DNA of 64,000 bases from Verrucomicrobiaceae bacterium (lineage in GTDB: Bacteria > Verrucomicrobiota > Verrucomicrobiia > Verrucomicrobiales > Akkermansiaceae). The DNA lies in NCBI GenBank assembly GCA_051252135.1, contig JBPOGH010000012.1:71098-135097 (forward strand). The letters are read 5' to 3'. Position 1 is the stretch's first letter. Every line of letters starts with the position of its first letter. A program made the position numbers and the translations under genes. This document shows positions 10,625 through 20,266 of this stretch, piece by piece. Below the pieces are notes generated by a model that worked only from the letters and a program-made list of their open reading frames with translations, did no database searches and had not been told where the DNA came from.

Positions 10625-12274
10625 ATGAACGTGCTCCAACTCGATCCCAGAGACAACGTCCTGGTCGCCCTTACCGACTTAAAAAAGGGCGATGTCGTCG
10701 AGCATGGTCAATCCCAATTCCCGCTCGTCACTGACGTCCCGGCCAAACACAAGGTTCCTTTGACCGATCTCGCCGAAGGCGATCTCGTTTACCAGTTCGG
10801 CTCCCTCGTCGGAAAGACCACCCAATTCGTCAAAAAAGGCGGACTCCTCCACACCCACAACCTCGTCCACGCGGCCGAACACTTCAGCGCCGATCACCTC
10901 CCCGACTCCGGCTTCCAATGGCACAATCGCCCGGATGCCTCCGCTTTCCAAAACCTCACCTTCGATGGCTTCCACCGCGAGGACGGACAGGTCGGCACCG
11001 CCAACCACTGGCTCGTGATCCCCATGGTCTTTTGCGAAAATCGCAACCTCAAGATCCTCGAGGAAAGCTTCGTCAACGCCCTCGGCTACGGGAAGGCCTC
11101 ACCCTACGCCGCCTTCACCCAAAAAATCATCACCACCCACCTCCGCGGAGGCGATGTCCGGGCCGTCGAATTTTCCGAAGCCAGTGACGAGCCCTGCGAC
11201 CGCATCTTCCCGCAAATCGATGGCCTCAAATTCCTCCGCCACAACGCCGGGTGCGGATCGGACCGCGGCGATTCCGACTCCCTCTGCGCCCTCCTCGCCG
11301 GCTACGCCACCCACCCCAATGTCGCCGGCGTCACCATCCTCTCCCTCGGCTGCCAACACGCCCAGGTCTCCCTCCTCGAGGACCTCATCAAAGAACGCTG
11401 CCCCCAATTCAACCGCCCCCTCCTCACCTTCGAACAACAGCAGTTCCCTTCCGAAAAAAAACTCCTCGAAGCCGCCATCCGCGCCACCTTCGATGGCCTC
11501 GTCAACGCGAATCAAACCTTCACCCGTAAACCCGCCCCCCTCAGCAAGCTCACCATCGGTCTCGAGTGCGGCGGATCGGATGGCTTCAGCGGACTCTCCG
11601 CCAACCCCGCCATCGGCCACGTCTCGGACCTCATCGCCGTCCTCGGCGGAAAATCCATCCTCTCCGAATTCCCCGAGCTCTGCGGAGTCGAGGGCGAAAT
11701 GATCAAGCGCTGCCAGTCCAAACCCCTCGCCGAACGCTTCGTCTCCCTCATGCGCACCTACAACACCCGCGCCAATGAAGTCGGCTCCGATTTCTCCACC
11801 AACCCCTCACCCGGAAACATCAGGGACGGCCTCATCACCGATGCCATCAAGTCCGCCGGCGCAGCCCGAAAAGGCGGCACCTCCCCCATCGTCGATGTCC
11901 TCGACTACACCGAGCCCTGCACCAAGCCCGGCCTCACCCTCCTCTGCACCCCCGGAAATGATGTCGAGTCCACCACCGCCATGGCTGCGTCCTGGTGCAA
12001 CCTCATCCTCTTCTCCACCGGCCTCGGCACCCCCACCGGAAACCCCGTCTGCCCCGTCATTAAAGTCGCCTCAAATACCGAAACCGCGACCAAGCACCAC
12101 GACCTCATCGACTACGACGCCGGCGTCATCATCCGCGGCACCGAAACCATCGCCCAAGCCGGAGAAAACCTCCTCAAGCTCATCATCGAAACCGCCTCCG
12201 GACGCTACACCCCCAAGGCCGTCCTCCTCGGACAGGACGATTTCATCCCTTGGAAAAGAGGCGTCTCTCTCTAA
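10625..12274 (+). CDS. UxaA/altronate dehydratase family sugar-acid dehydratase with N-terminal SAF domain
   Basis: SAF domain (DNVLVAL...HTHNL), HNAGCG, LGCQ, ECGGSDGFSG, NPSPGN and TGLGTPTGNP motifs. Confidence 0.92.
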   Translation: MNVLQLDPRDNVLVALTDLKKGDVVEHGQSQFPLVTDVPAKHKVPLTDLAEGDLVYQFGSLVGKTTQFVKKGGLLHTHNLVHAAEHFSADHLPDSGFQWHNRPDASAFQNLTFDGFHREDGQVGTANHWLVIPMVFCENRNLKILEESFVNALGYGKASPYAAFTQKIITTHLRGGDVRAVEFSEASDEPCDRIFPQIDGLKFLRHNAGCGSDRGDSDSLCALLAGYATHPNVAGVTILSLGCQHAQVSLLEDLIKERCPQFNRPLLTFEQQQFPSEKKLLEAAIRATFDGLVNANQTFTRKPAPLSKLTIGLECGGSDGFSGLSANPAIGHVSDLIAVLGGKSILSEFPELCGVEGEMIKRCQSKPLAERFVSLMRTYNTRANEVGSDFSTNPSPGNIRDGLITDAIKSAGAARKGGTSPIVDVLDYTEPCTKPGLTLLCTPGNDVESTTAMAASWCNLILFSTGLGTPTGNPVCPVIKVASNTETATKHHDLIDYDAGVIIRGTETIAQAGENLLKLIIETASGRYTPKAVLLGQDDFIPWKRGVSL

Positions 12275-12298
12275 GATCACACCTCAAAGAATCACTCT

Positions 12299-13075
12299 AT
12301 GTCTCAAAAATTGCTCGGAAAAGTAGCCCTCATCACCGGCGGAGGATCCGGAATCGGACGCGCCATCAGCGAACGCTTCGCAATCGAAGGCGCCCTCGTC
12401 TGCGTTCTCGATTTCGATGAAGCCCAAGGCGCGGAGACAATCTCCCTCATCGAAAAATCCGGCGGCCAAGCCGTCTTCTTCCCCTGCGATGTCTCCGATC
12501 AATCACGCGTCACCGAAGTCTTCGCGCAAATCAAAGCCGACCACTCCCCCATCGACATCCTCGTCAACAACGCGGGCGTCGCCGCTATCGGAAATGTCGA
12601 TGTCTGCACCTCCGATGACTTCGAGCGCATTTTCAACATCAACGTCAAAGGCGTCTTCCACTGCCTTCAGGAGGCGGTCGCCCACATGAAAGGACGCGGC
12701 GGCTCCATCATCAACATGGCCTCCGTCGCAGCCCATATCGGACTCCCCGATCGCTTCGCCTACTCCATGAGCAAGGGCGCCGTCCTCACCATGAGCCAAT
12801 CCATCGCGACCGACTACGTCTCCGAAAACATCCGCTCGAACACCATCTCCCCCGGCCGCGTCCACACCCCCTTCGTCGATGGCTTCCTCGCCGCAAACTA
12901 CCCCGGCCAGGAAGCGGAGATGTTCAAAAAACTCTCCGCCACCCAACCCATCGGCCGCATGGCCCAACCCTCCGAAATCGCCGGCCTCGCCCTCTACCTC
13001 GCTTCCGAAGAAGCCTCCTTCATCACCGGCTCCGACTTCCCCATCGATGGCGGCTTCATCAAGGTCTCTCGCTAA
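12299..13075 (+). CDS. SDR oxidoreductase, 2-keto-3-deoxy-sugar-acid dehydrogenase-like
   Basis: TGGGSGIG, NNAG, DRFAYSMSKGA and QPIGRM motifs. Confidence 0.88.
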   Translation: MSQKLLGKVALITGGGSGIGRAISERFAIEGALVCVLDFDEAQGAETISLIEKSGGQAVFFPCDVSDQSRVTEVFAQIKADHSPIDILVNNAGVAAIGNVDVCTSDDFERIFNINVKGVFHCLQEAVAHMKGRGGSIINMASVAAHIGLPDRFAYSMSKGAVLTMSQSIATDYVSENIRSNTISPGRVHTPFVDGFLAANYPGQEAEMFKKLSATQPIGRMAQPSEIAGLALYLASEEASFITGSDFPIDGGFIKVSR

Positions 13076-13093
13076 TCATCTTCCATAAAATTC

Positions 13094-13942
13094 ATGAAAC
13101 TCATCCGCTTCGGAATCCCCGGCCACGAAAAACCCGGCCTCCAATTGCCCGACGGCACCCGCATCGATGTCAGCTCTCTCGTCAACGACTACGACTCAGA
13201 CTTCTTCGCCAACAACGGCCTCGCCACCCTCCAATCCGCCGACCTCTCTTCCTGCCCAAAAGTCGATCCCGACACCCGCCTCGGCCCCGTCGTGAAACGT
13301 CCCGGCAAGATCGTCTGCATCGGACTCAATTTTAAAGACCACGCCGAAGAAGCCGGCATGGACCCACCCTCCGAACCCGTCGTCTTCTTCAAAGCCACCT
13401 CCTCCATCGTCGGACCAAACGACGACCTCATCATCCCCAAGGACGGCCACAAAACCGACTGGGAAGTCGAGCTCGCCGTCATCATCGGAAAGAAAGCCCT
13501 CCACGTCAGTGAAGCCGACGCCCTCGACCACGTCGCCGGCTACTGCCTGCACAACGACTACTCCGAGCGCGCCTTCCAACTCGAAATGGGCGGCCAATGG
13601 GTGAAGGGAAAAAGCTGCGACTCCTTCGCTCCCCTCGGCCCCTTCCTCGCCACCCCCGATGAAATCGCCGACGTCCACGATTTAAAAATGTGGCTCAAGG
13701 TAAACGGCGACCTCAAACAAAACGGCACCACCGCCAACCTCATCTTCAACATCCCCCAGGTCATCGCCTACCTCAGCCGCTTCATGACCCTCGAACCGGG
13801 CGACGTCATCTCCACCGGCACCCCCGCCGGCGTCGGCCTCGGCTTCGACCCACCCCAATACCTCAAACACGGCGACCTCATCGAACTCGGCATCCAAGGC
13901 CTCGGCGAATCAAGCCAAACAGCAAAATCCTACCAAGGCTAG
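13094..13942 (+). CDS. Fumarylacetoacetate hydrolase family protein
   Basis: KIVCIGLN, DWEVEL, NDYSER, KGKSCD and TGTPAGVG motifs. Confidence 0.93.
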   Translation: MKLIRFGIPGHEKPGLQLPDGTRIDVSSLVNDYDSDFFANNGLATLQSADLSSCPKVDPDTRLGPVVKRPGKIVCIGLNFKDHAEEAGMDPPSEPVVFFKATSSIVGPNDDLIIPKDGHKTDWEVELAVIIGKKALHVSEADALDHVAGYCLHNDYSERAFQLEMGGQWVKGKSCDSFAPLGPFLATPDEIADVHDLKMWLKVNGDLKQNGTTANLIFNIPQVIAYLSRFMTLEPGDVISTGTPAGVGLGFDPPQYLKHGDLIELGIQGLGESSQTAKSYQG

Positions 13943-14028
13943 CTCCTGCGTTCACGCCACCTTGCGGTAAAAGCCGCGTTAAAAATTGGTGATTTTTCCC
14001 ACCGTCCTCGCGAATGGCGGGTCTCGCT

Positions 14029-15363
14029 CTACTTCGCCAGCGACACGCAGATCACCTCGGTATCGTTCCGAATGAAGGCACACTTTCTTGCGTAGGCAGG
14101 GTGTGACCACACGATGTCCCGTTGCCGCAGATCAAGACCATTGGGTTCGATGACGTGGGCGCGATCGATTTCCTCGTATCCTTTCACCGAAAGATTCGCG
14201 ATCACGAGGTCCCCCTTCTCCGTGAAGAGAAAGTAGCGATCTTCATGGGGAGTGACGAAGACGGTGCCCCACCGCACCGGTTCATCAATCGCGATCGGCT
14301 TAAGCGATTCCCACAACCGCTTCCCCGTGAGTGCTTCCATACAACGGAACTGCCCGTAACTGCAGGCGGCGAAGAGATGCCCGTCACGCAAAACAGGCGT
14401 ATTCATAATGCCGTGAAGATGCGTCGTCTTACTTTCGCTCGCGCGCTCCGTGCGATAAACAATTTCCGGAGTAGACTCATCTTCCTTGAGCTTGAGGAGC
14501 ATGGAACCGTTGTAGAAACCAGTGAGGAAAAGATGCTCTTCGTCAATCATCTGCGGAGTTGGAATGGTGAGACCGGCACGGATCTTCCAGGGAATGCTCC
14601 AGTAAACCTTACCCGTCAGTGGATCGAGCGCATTGGCCGCTTCGGGATGCCAAATGATGAGGAGATCGCGCCCGGAATGTTGCACGATCCGCGGCGGACA
14701 GTAGCCGGGATATTTCGCCGATACGGATCGCCAGACCTCCTTCCCTGTCAACTTATCAAAAGCCACCGCCGTCGTACCATCACCACTTCCAAGACAGATC
14801 AAGAGTTCGCCATACACCAGAGGAGCTGCCGCAAATCCCCAGGTCTGGGTTTTCACCCCAAAAAGCTTTTTAAAATCGTGAGCCCACTTCTCTGCCCCAT
14901 CCTCTGTCGAACGACATACCAGATTCCCCTCTCCGCCCAGGGTATAGACGCGATCTCCATCGACCGTAGGCGTTGCTCGGGGACCGGCCGAATAAGACAT
15001 CGTATACGGGCAGTCGTAAGCCTTCTCCCAAATCACTTCGCCGGTAGCCGCATCAAGACAAAGAAGACGTTCGTCCCCCTGCTTCTGACCGGTGCGCGCG
15101 CCCTCGGCTTTTGCTTCGGGTGTCTCGAGCGCTTTCCGGTCCATCACGAAAACACGATCACCCGCCACCGAGGGCCCTGCATATCCCCGGTTGACCGGAG
15201 TACGCCAAAGAATCTTGGGGCCACCACCGGGGAACTTGTCAATAATCCCGGTCTCCCGCCAAACCCCATCGCGTTGCGGGCCAAACCATTGCGGCCAATC
15301 AGCGGCAGTAGCAGAGACCGTAAGAGCAACGATAAAAAGTGAAGCTGATAGGAGAGATTTCAT
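14029..15363 (-). CDS. Secreted PQQ-like beta-propeller protein
   Basis: Signal peptide, then ADWPQWFGPQRDG, repeated CLDAATGEVIW-type blades and a C-terminal WSHPAYA. Confidence 0.88.
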   Translation of the reverse strand: MKSLLSASLFIVALTVSATAADWPQWFGPQRDGVWRETGIIDKFPGGGPKILWRTPVNRGYAGPSVAGDRVFVMDRKALETPEAKAEGARTGQKQGDERLLCLDAATGEVIWEKAYDCPYTMSYSAGPRATPTVDGDRVYTLGGEGNLVCRSTEDGAEKWAHDFKKLFGVKTQTWGFAAAPLVYGELLICLGSGDGTTAVAFDKLTGKEVWRSVSAKYPGYCPPRIVQHSGRDLLIIWHPEAANALDPLTGKVYWSIPWKIRAGLTIPTPQMIDEEHLFLTGFYNGSMLLKLKEDESTPEIVYRTERASESKTTHLHGIMNTPVLRDGHLFAACSYGQFRCMEALTGKRLWESLKPIAIDEPVRWGTVFVTPHEDRYFLFTEKGDLVIANLSVKGYEEIDRAHVIEPNGLDLRQRDIVWSHPAYARKCAFIRNDTEVICVSLAK

Positions 15364-15589
15364 AAGGCAGGAATGACGATGGGAGTCTTCGCATGACGAA
15401 GCCCCTTCTGCGATTCCCAAAAGCAATTCCGCCCATTCATCGCCTGAAAACTCTCCCTGAATGCGCTATCCTCCTCGGAAACGCATCCGCCCTCCCCAGC
15501 TACAGACCCAACACTTTCGAAGAACTTACAAAATAAATTCACCATCGAAATGAACAAAACGCTTTCGATTTGCGTATCACCCCTTGCTG

Positions 15590-15605
15590 TGGCACTTATT
15601 TCGCA
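15590..15605 (+). promoter_or_regulatory. Putative sigma-54 (-24/-12) promoter of the cytochrome c gene
   Basis: TGGCACTTATTTCGCA: GG-N10-GC with a TGGCAC core, 21 nt upstream of ATG 15627. Confidence 0.55.
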
Positions 15606-15626
15606 GCTACCAAAACCTACGATCAT

Positions 15627-16100
15627 ATGAAATTTCCTATCCTGATCTCCGCCCTCGCCATCTCCGCCCTCTCTTTCGCTCACGCTGAAGATAAGGACGC
15701 AGTCATCGCTCACGGGAAGACCAAATTCATGCTTTGCGCCGCATGCCACGGCATGGACGGAGCCGGCCTCAAGCTCGGACCGACCATGATGATGGCTCCC
15801 GCCTACAAAGGCTCAGCCGTTGTCGATGGTGACCCCGAGCTTCTCGCTCTCGTCATCATGAAGGGCATCAAAAAGGAAGGCACCGCCTTCGCTGGCGTCA
15901 TGGCCCCTCTCGAAGCCGGCCTGAACGACAAAGACCTTGCCGGTGTCCTCACCTACCTTCGGAACGAATATTCCGAAAAGAAGGACCTCATCACCGAAGC
16001 CCAGGTTGCCGGATGGCGCACCAAATACGCGGACCGCAAGGACCCCGTCACCCGTGCCGAGATTGACGAGCACCTGAAAAAGGCTGCCGAAGCCAAGTAA
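15627..16100 (+). CDS. Monoheme cytochrome c
   Basis: Signal peptide ending AHA, heme motif CAACHG, distal Met in GVMAP, LTYLRN. Confidence 0.92.
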   Translation: MKFPILISALAISALSFAHAEDKDAVIAHGKTKFMLCAACHGMDGAGLKLGPTMMMAPAYKGSAVVDGDPELLALVIMKGIKKEGTAFAGVMAPLEAGLNDKDLAGVLTYLRNEYSEKKDLITEAQVAGWRTKYADRKDPVTRAEIDEHLKKAAEAK

Positions 16101-16114
16101 GCAACACCCTCTCC

Positions 16115-16146
16115 AAAAGCGCGACCCTCACCGGTCGCGCTTTTTT
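16115..16146. terminator. Intrinsic terminator, probably bidirectional, between convergent genes
   Basis: AAAAGCGCGACC-ctcacc-GGTCGCGCTTTTTT. Confidence 0.85.
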
Positions 16147-16158
16147 GTGCTCCGGCCT

Positions 16159-17076
16159 CTACCCTTCCGCCACAAACCGGGCATACCCCTCCTTGCCCAT
16201 ATACTTCGTCAGCAAGCGGGCCGGTGCCTTCTTCAAATCCACCAGCACCATCGCATCCAGACAGTGGCTGAACGTTGGATCAAAGGCGAAGTCCAGAAGC
16301 GTCGCATTCATCTTAAAATACTGTCGCAACAAAACAGGCACCCCTTTCCCGTCGGGCTCGTGACTCGCCACACAGGCCGACACCTCCTCGATGCTCCGGA
16401 AACTCCCGCTCAACTCCTCCGGCTTGTCATTAAAGGGCATCAACGCCCGCACCCGCTCGCCCCACGTCACGTCCGATTTCGTCCGCCGCAAATAACGCAC
16501 GATCAGATTCTGCGAGATGAACGAATAATCATCACTGATACTCACCGCCCCAAAAAGCTTACTGTAACGCGGATAACGCGACACAAACGCCCCGATCCCC
16601 TTCCAAAGTCCCAGCAGCGAATTCAACGACTTCTGATACTCCGGCACCACCCACGACCGCCCCAACTCCAGCGCCGGATTCAAAAATTCCAATAAATCCG
16701 AATCGAACTTGCACAGCATCGAGCTGTAAAGCCCCTCAAACCCAAACTCCGCCAATATCATGTCCGTCCGCCCCAATCGATAAGCCCCCGCGATCTTCTT
16801 CGTCTCCCGATCCCACAAAAAAAGATGGTAATAATACTCATCAAAGCGATCAAGATCACGCTCCTTCCCCGTTCCCTCACCCACCGCCCGAAAAGTCACC
16901 TCACGCAGCCGTCCAATCTCTAACAGAATGTTTGGAATCGCATCGGCGGACGCCAAATAGACATCCAGACTTGCCTGCTGGGCAATCTTCCCCCGTTCAC
17001 CAAGGCTGGCTATTTCCTCCAGTTGCAAAGGCAACGGAATCGATGGGGCTACTTCTTTTCGCTCGGTCTTCATCAT
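16159..17076 (-). CDS. GNAT-fold N-acyltransferase (OlsB/OlsF C-terminal, Acetyltransf_5-like)
   Basis: EIGRLREVTFRAVGEGTG..DLDRFD, GAYRLG, ELGRSWV..EYQ and PVLLRQY motifs. Confidence 0.85.
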   Translation of the reverse strand: MMKTERKEVAPSIPLPLQLEEIASLGERGKIAQQASLDVYLASADAIPNILLEIGRLREVTFRAVGEGTGKERDLDRFDEYYYHLFLWDRETKKIAGAYRLGRTDMILAEFGFEGLYSSMLCKFDSDLLEFLNPALELGRSWVVPEYQKSLNSLLGLWKGIGAFVSRYPRYSKLFGAVSISDDYSFISQNLIVRYLRRTKSDVTWGERVRALMPFNDKPEELSGSFRSIEEVSACVASHEPDGKGVPVLLRQYFKMNATLLDFAFDPTFSHCLDAMVLVDLKKAPARLLTKYMGKEGYARFVAEG

Positions 17077-17157
17077 CACGATATTTTTTAGAGTTACGTG
17101 AATCTACCTACTAAACGCGATTCCCGTCTCATCGAAAAACCGCGTCACAAAATCGTT

Positions 17158-17676
17158 TCAATCAATACCCGCCTTCTCCCGGAAGCGCAGCGTCGATGGC
17201 GCCACTCCAAAACCTCCCTCAACCTCCAGCCCCAAGCACCCGCACATTCCGCCGATCATCGCAAAATGATGAACCGTGTGGCTCACCAAAAACTGCAACT
17301 CGCGCCCCAGACTCGACGGCTGCCAATCCTCCCCGCTTCCCCCGCAATCCATCTTCACCTCCAAATTCATCGGCTTCTCATACTCGATCAGCTCCTCGAG
17401 ACCACCACGCACCTCACGCAGCACCGCCAGCGCATCCTCGGTCGAGGACTCAATCGCCACCTCCCGCATCCGGCAATCGTAATCAATCCGGCCATCATCC
17501 AACCCCTTCAGAAAAGAGCGATAATGGTCCAGACAATGCCGCACATGCTGGCCCAGGGTGGACCCGTAAAAGTTCTCCACCGCACATCCATACTCATCAT
17601 CCTGTAACCTCTCCAAAAGCGCCTCCGCTTGATCGAGAAAGTGAATATTTGCGCCAATCAGCTGATCCATTTCCAT
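17158..17676 (-). CDS. DinB family protein
   Basis: STLGQHVRHCLDHY, IDYD.R.R, RELQFLVSHTVHHFA and FGVAPST motifs. Confidence 0.85.
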   Translation of the reverse strand: MEMDQLIGANIHFLDQAEALLERLQDDEYGCAVENFYGSTLGQHVRHCLDHYRSFLKGLDDGRIDYDCRMREVAIESSTEDALAVLREVRGGLEELIEYEKPMNLEVKMDCGGSGEDWQPSSLGRELQFLVSHTVHHFAMIGGMCGCLGLEVEGGFGVAPSTLRFREKAGID

Positions 17677-17707
17677 TAATTTTCCTATAAGAGGTCAAAA
17701 CGTCGAT

Positions 17708-18487
17708 TCAATTCCCCAAATCTCGCAACTCCTCCAGCTGCCCCCTCAACCAAACGGCACCGCCCTCTCTGAGCCGATCACTCGAAAATGCCTTCCCCAC
17801 CCGACCCACAATCGTTCTCCCCCTGAGTTCAAGTAGCCCCCGCGGAATCAGCGCCGTCCGGATGAAAGCCGAAAGCTTCGATAAAATCTGAATCCACGCC
17901 GGATTCCCCCCAAAGAACCACACCGGCACCACCGTCGCCTCCATCCGCGACATCAGCTTCACCACATGATCGTTCCAGGGCGGATCCTTGATCACCCCCT
18001 CCTGCCAGTACGCCACCCGCCCCGCCGGAAAGACCACCAACGCACCGCCCCCCTTCACATGCTTGAGCATCTTCCGTAAGGTCGCCGAATTCTCCGCCGC
18101 ATTGCCCGACTCCAGAATCGATACCGGCAGAAAAAATCGATTCACCCCCGGCAAGGCCATCAGCTCCCGATTGCAAAGAATCAAGGTATCAGGCCGAACC
18201 TCCACACACTTCGCCGCCAATGCCAGCGCATCCGGCCCCCCATGCGAATGATTCGCCACAATCACCACCGGACCAGTTTTGGGAATCTCATCCGCCAAGC
18301 CATCCAGCCCGATCTCCACTCCCGCCCGCCGCGCCACTCCCGCAAAGGGATTAGCCTCCGCCACCGAGTCCGCAAAGAGCTCCCGAATCTCCACAAACCC
18401 CAAAAAACTCTCCACCACATGAGCCAGCCCGCGCCGCTTCGCAAACCACGGCACATGCTTCGTGATATCCGCAAATCGCTCAGGCAT
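17708..18487 (-). CDS. Lysophospholipid/O-acyltransferase (PlsC-like, OlsF N-terminal-like)
   Basis: VVIVANHSHGGPD, VFPAGRV and VVPVWFFG motifs; ATG 18487 overlaps the ATP-grasp stop. Confidence 0.85.
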   Translation of the reverse strand: MPERFADITKHVPWFAKRRGLAHVVESFLGFVEIRELFADSVAEANPFAGVARRAGVEIGLDGLADEIPKTGPVVIVANHSHGGPDALALAAKCVEVRPDTLILCNRELMALPGVNRFFLPVSILESGNAAENSATLRKMLKHVKGGGALVVFPAGRVAYWQEGVIKDPPWNDHVVKLMSRMEATVVPVWFFGGNPAWIQILSKLSAFIRTALIPRGLLELRGRTIVGRVGKAFSSDRLREGGAVWLRGQLEELRDLGN

Positions 18488-19571
18488 CGCGACCCCCTTT
18501 CCGGAATTCATCCACCTCCAGATAATCCTTCTCCGCGTGCTCGCGCGTCAACGCCCAAAGCTCCCCAATCGATGGCGGCTCGACCCCGCGCTCCTTCCAC
18601 GCCCACCCAATCCCGGTCGCCCGCGAAAAGTGCCGGCACAAATCCCGCATCCCCTTCCACCATGGATAACCCGGCTGATAAATATGAGCCGGCTCCCCGG
18701 TCACCCCATTCAATTCCAGCACCGAAATATTCACCCCCTTCTGAAAATCCGCCGCCGAAGGAACCTTCACATCGTATCGCCCAAAGCAAAACCCCTCATA
18801 CCGCGCACCCAATTCATCAAACACCGCCACCAGTTCCTCGGTCACCAAGTCCCGCTCATCCGTAAACACCGCCCCGCGCGCATGCGTCCCGATCGACGCC
18901 AACACAAACTCCTCACCCTCTGACAAAACCCGCCCCAACTCCCCCTCATACTTCGCAAAATAATACCCCGTCATCATCACCGCCCGATCATCCCGCAAAA
19001 TCAACTCCCGCAAGCTCGCCACCCCATCCCCTCGCACCGATTGCGGATGCTTCCCGCACAAGGAATCAATCCGCCCCCTCTCTTCCCCCGGCCCCTTCGC
19101 CCAATGCACCCCAAACTCCAGCCCCCCGATCATCTCCTGCGCAATCACATCCTCCCCGCACTCCGACATCCACCGCCGCGCCGCCGACTCATCCCTCACC
19201 ATCTCCACCCCCTGACCCCGCAGCCCCAAATCAGGCTTCAGCACCACCGGAAAAGTCAGCCCCTCCTCGGCCATCCACCCCTTCAAGCGTTCAAAATCTC
19301 CCCCTCCACTCATCCGCAAATAACGCGCAATCTTTACGCACCCATCCTCACCTGAGAACGCATCCAAAATTTCACCCTTCGATTCCATCGCCATCCCGCT
19401 CGCCTTCATCCCCGGATTGCAATTCGTCCAAAGCGTCCACCCACCCCACCGGATCGCCTCCACCACCCACCACAAAAACACCGGAGGATACACCGCCCAC
19501 ACCGGCCAAAATTCCCAACGCACCAGCCGCTGCCAGCGCCCCCACAAAATCCGCCGCCTCTCCCAATTCAT
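18480..19571 (-). CDS. ATP-grasp-like carboxylate-amine ligase
   Basis: WEFWP, NPG, ESK, FPVVLKPDLGLRGQGV, QE, GRYDVK and LELNG motifs. Confidence 0.8.
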   Translation of the reverse strand: MNWERRRILWGRWQRLVRWEFWPVWAVYPPVFLWWVVEAIRWGGWTLWTNCNPGMKASGMAMESKGEILDAFSGEDGCVKIARYLRMSGGGDFERLKGWMAEEGLTFPVVLKPDLGLRGQGVEMVRDESAARRWMSECGEDVIAQEMIGGLEFGVHWAKGPGEERGRIDSLCGKHPQSVRGDGVASLRELILRDDRAVMMTGYYFAKYEGELGRVLSEGEEFVLASIGTHARGAVFTDERDLVTEELVAVFDELGARYEGFCFGRYDVKVPSAADFQKGVNISVLELNGVTGEPAHIYQPGYPWWKGMRDLCRHFSRATGIGWAWKERGVEPPSIGELWALTREHAEKDYLEVDEFRKGGRDA

Positions 19572-20254
19572 CTTCGTCTCAGTTTAGCAACAGTTCGCTC
19601 CGGCTCTCCCGCCAAATCCAGCTTCTCTCCCAAATAACTCCACGTGATTTCCTCATCCACCACCACCCGACTCCGACTCCACGTCTGCGCATCGGGCCGA
19701 TTCATCCGCACCGTATAGGCCGTCGATTCCAGACCCACCGAACCATGATACTCATCTCCCCCCTCACCTTCGGCAAAGGCCGCCTCCCTCGACTCCTTCA
19801 CCGCCTCAAAGCAATAACTCGATGACGTCAGCGGCTGCCCCATCCCAACCTCCCTCAAAACATCCCCATCCCACTCCCAAGCCCGCTCACCTTCCGCCGA
19901 GATTCCCACCATCGTAAACGCCGGATATCCCTCCAATTCCACCAACATCTCCCTCACCTCATCCACCGTCCGCACCACCCCCATCTTCCAAACCAACAAT
20001 CCCCGGCTCTTCCGCGGCCCCTTCACCGGCCGATCATCCAGCTCCCACTTGTTGAGCAGGCACACCACCACCCCATGCTCATTCGCCACCATCCACGTCC
20101 CCCCGCCTTGCGGGTCACGTGGACTCAAAAAATTCACCCCGTCCACCTCACGAACCGACGGCGGATCGGCCACCGGTCGCGCCTTCTTCTCGTCGCGGTT
20201 GAACCACACCTCAAGTCTCCCCGGGCGATCCCGCGTCCACGTCAAGGTGCACAT
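19568..20254 (-). CDS. NRDE/TANGO2 family protein
   Basis: M-C-T start (Cys2), FNRDE, P.D..GGGTW, LLN and SRGLLV motifs; ATGA overlap with the ATP-grasp gene. Confidence 0.9.
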   Translation of the reverse strand: MCTLTWTRDRPGRLEVWFNRDEKKARPVADPPSVREVDGVNFLSPRDPQGGGTWMVANEHGVVVCLLNKWELDDRPVKGPRKSRGLLVWKMGVVRTVDEVREMLVELEGYPAFTMVGISAEGERAWEWDGDVLREVGMGQPLTSSSYCFEAVKESREAAFAEGEGGDEYHGSVGLESTAYTVRMNRPDAQTWSRSRVVVDEEITWSYLGEKLDLAGEPERTVAKLRRR

Positions 20255-20266
20255 TCCCGGGTTGGG

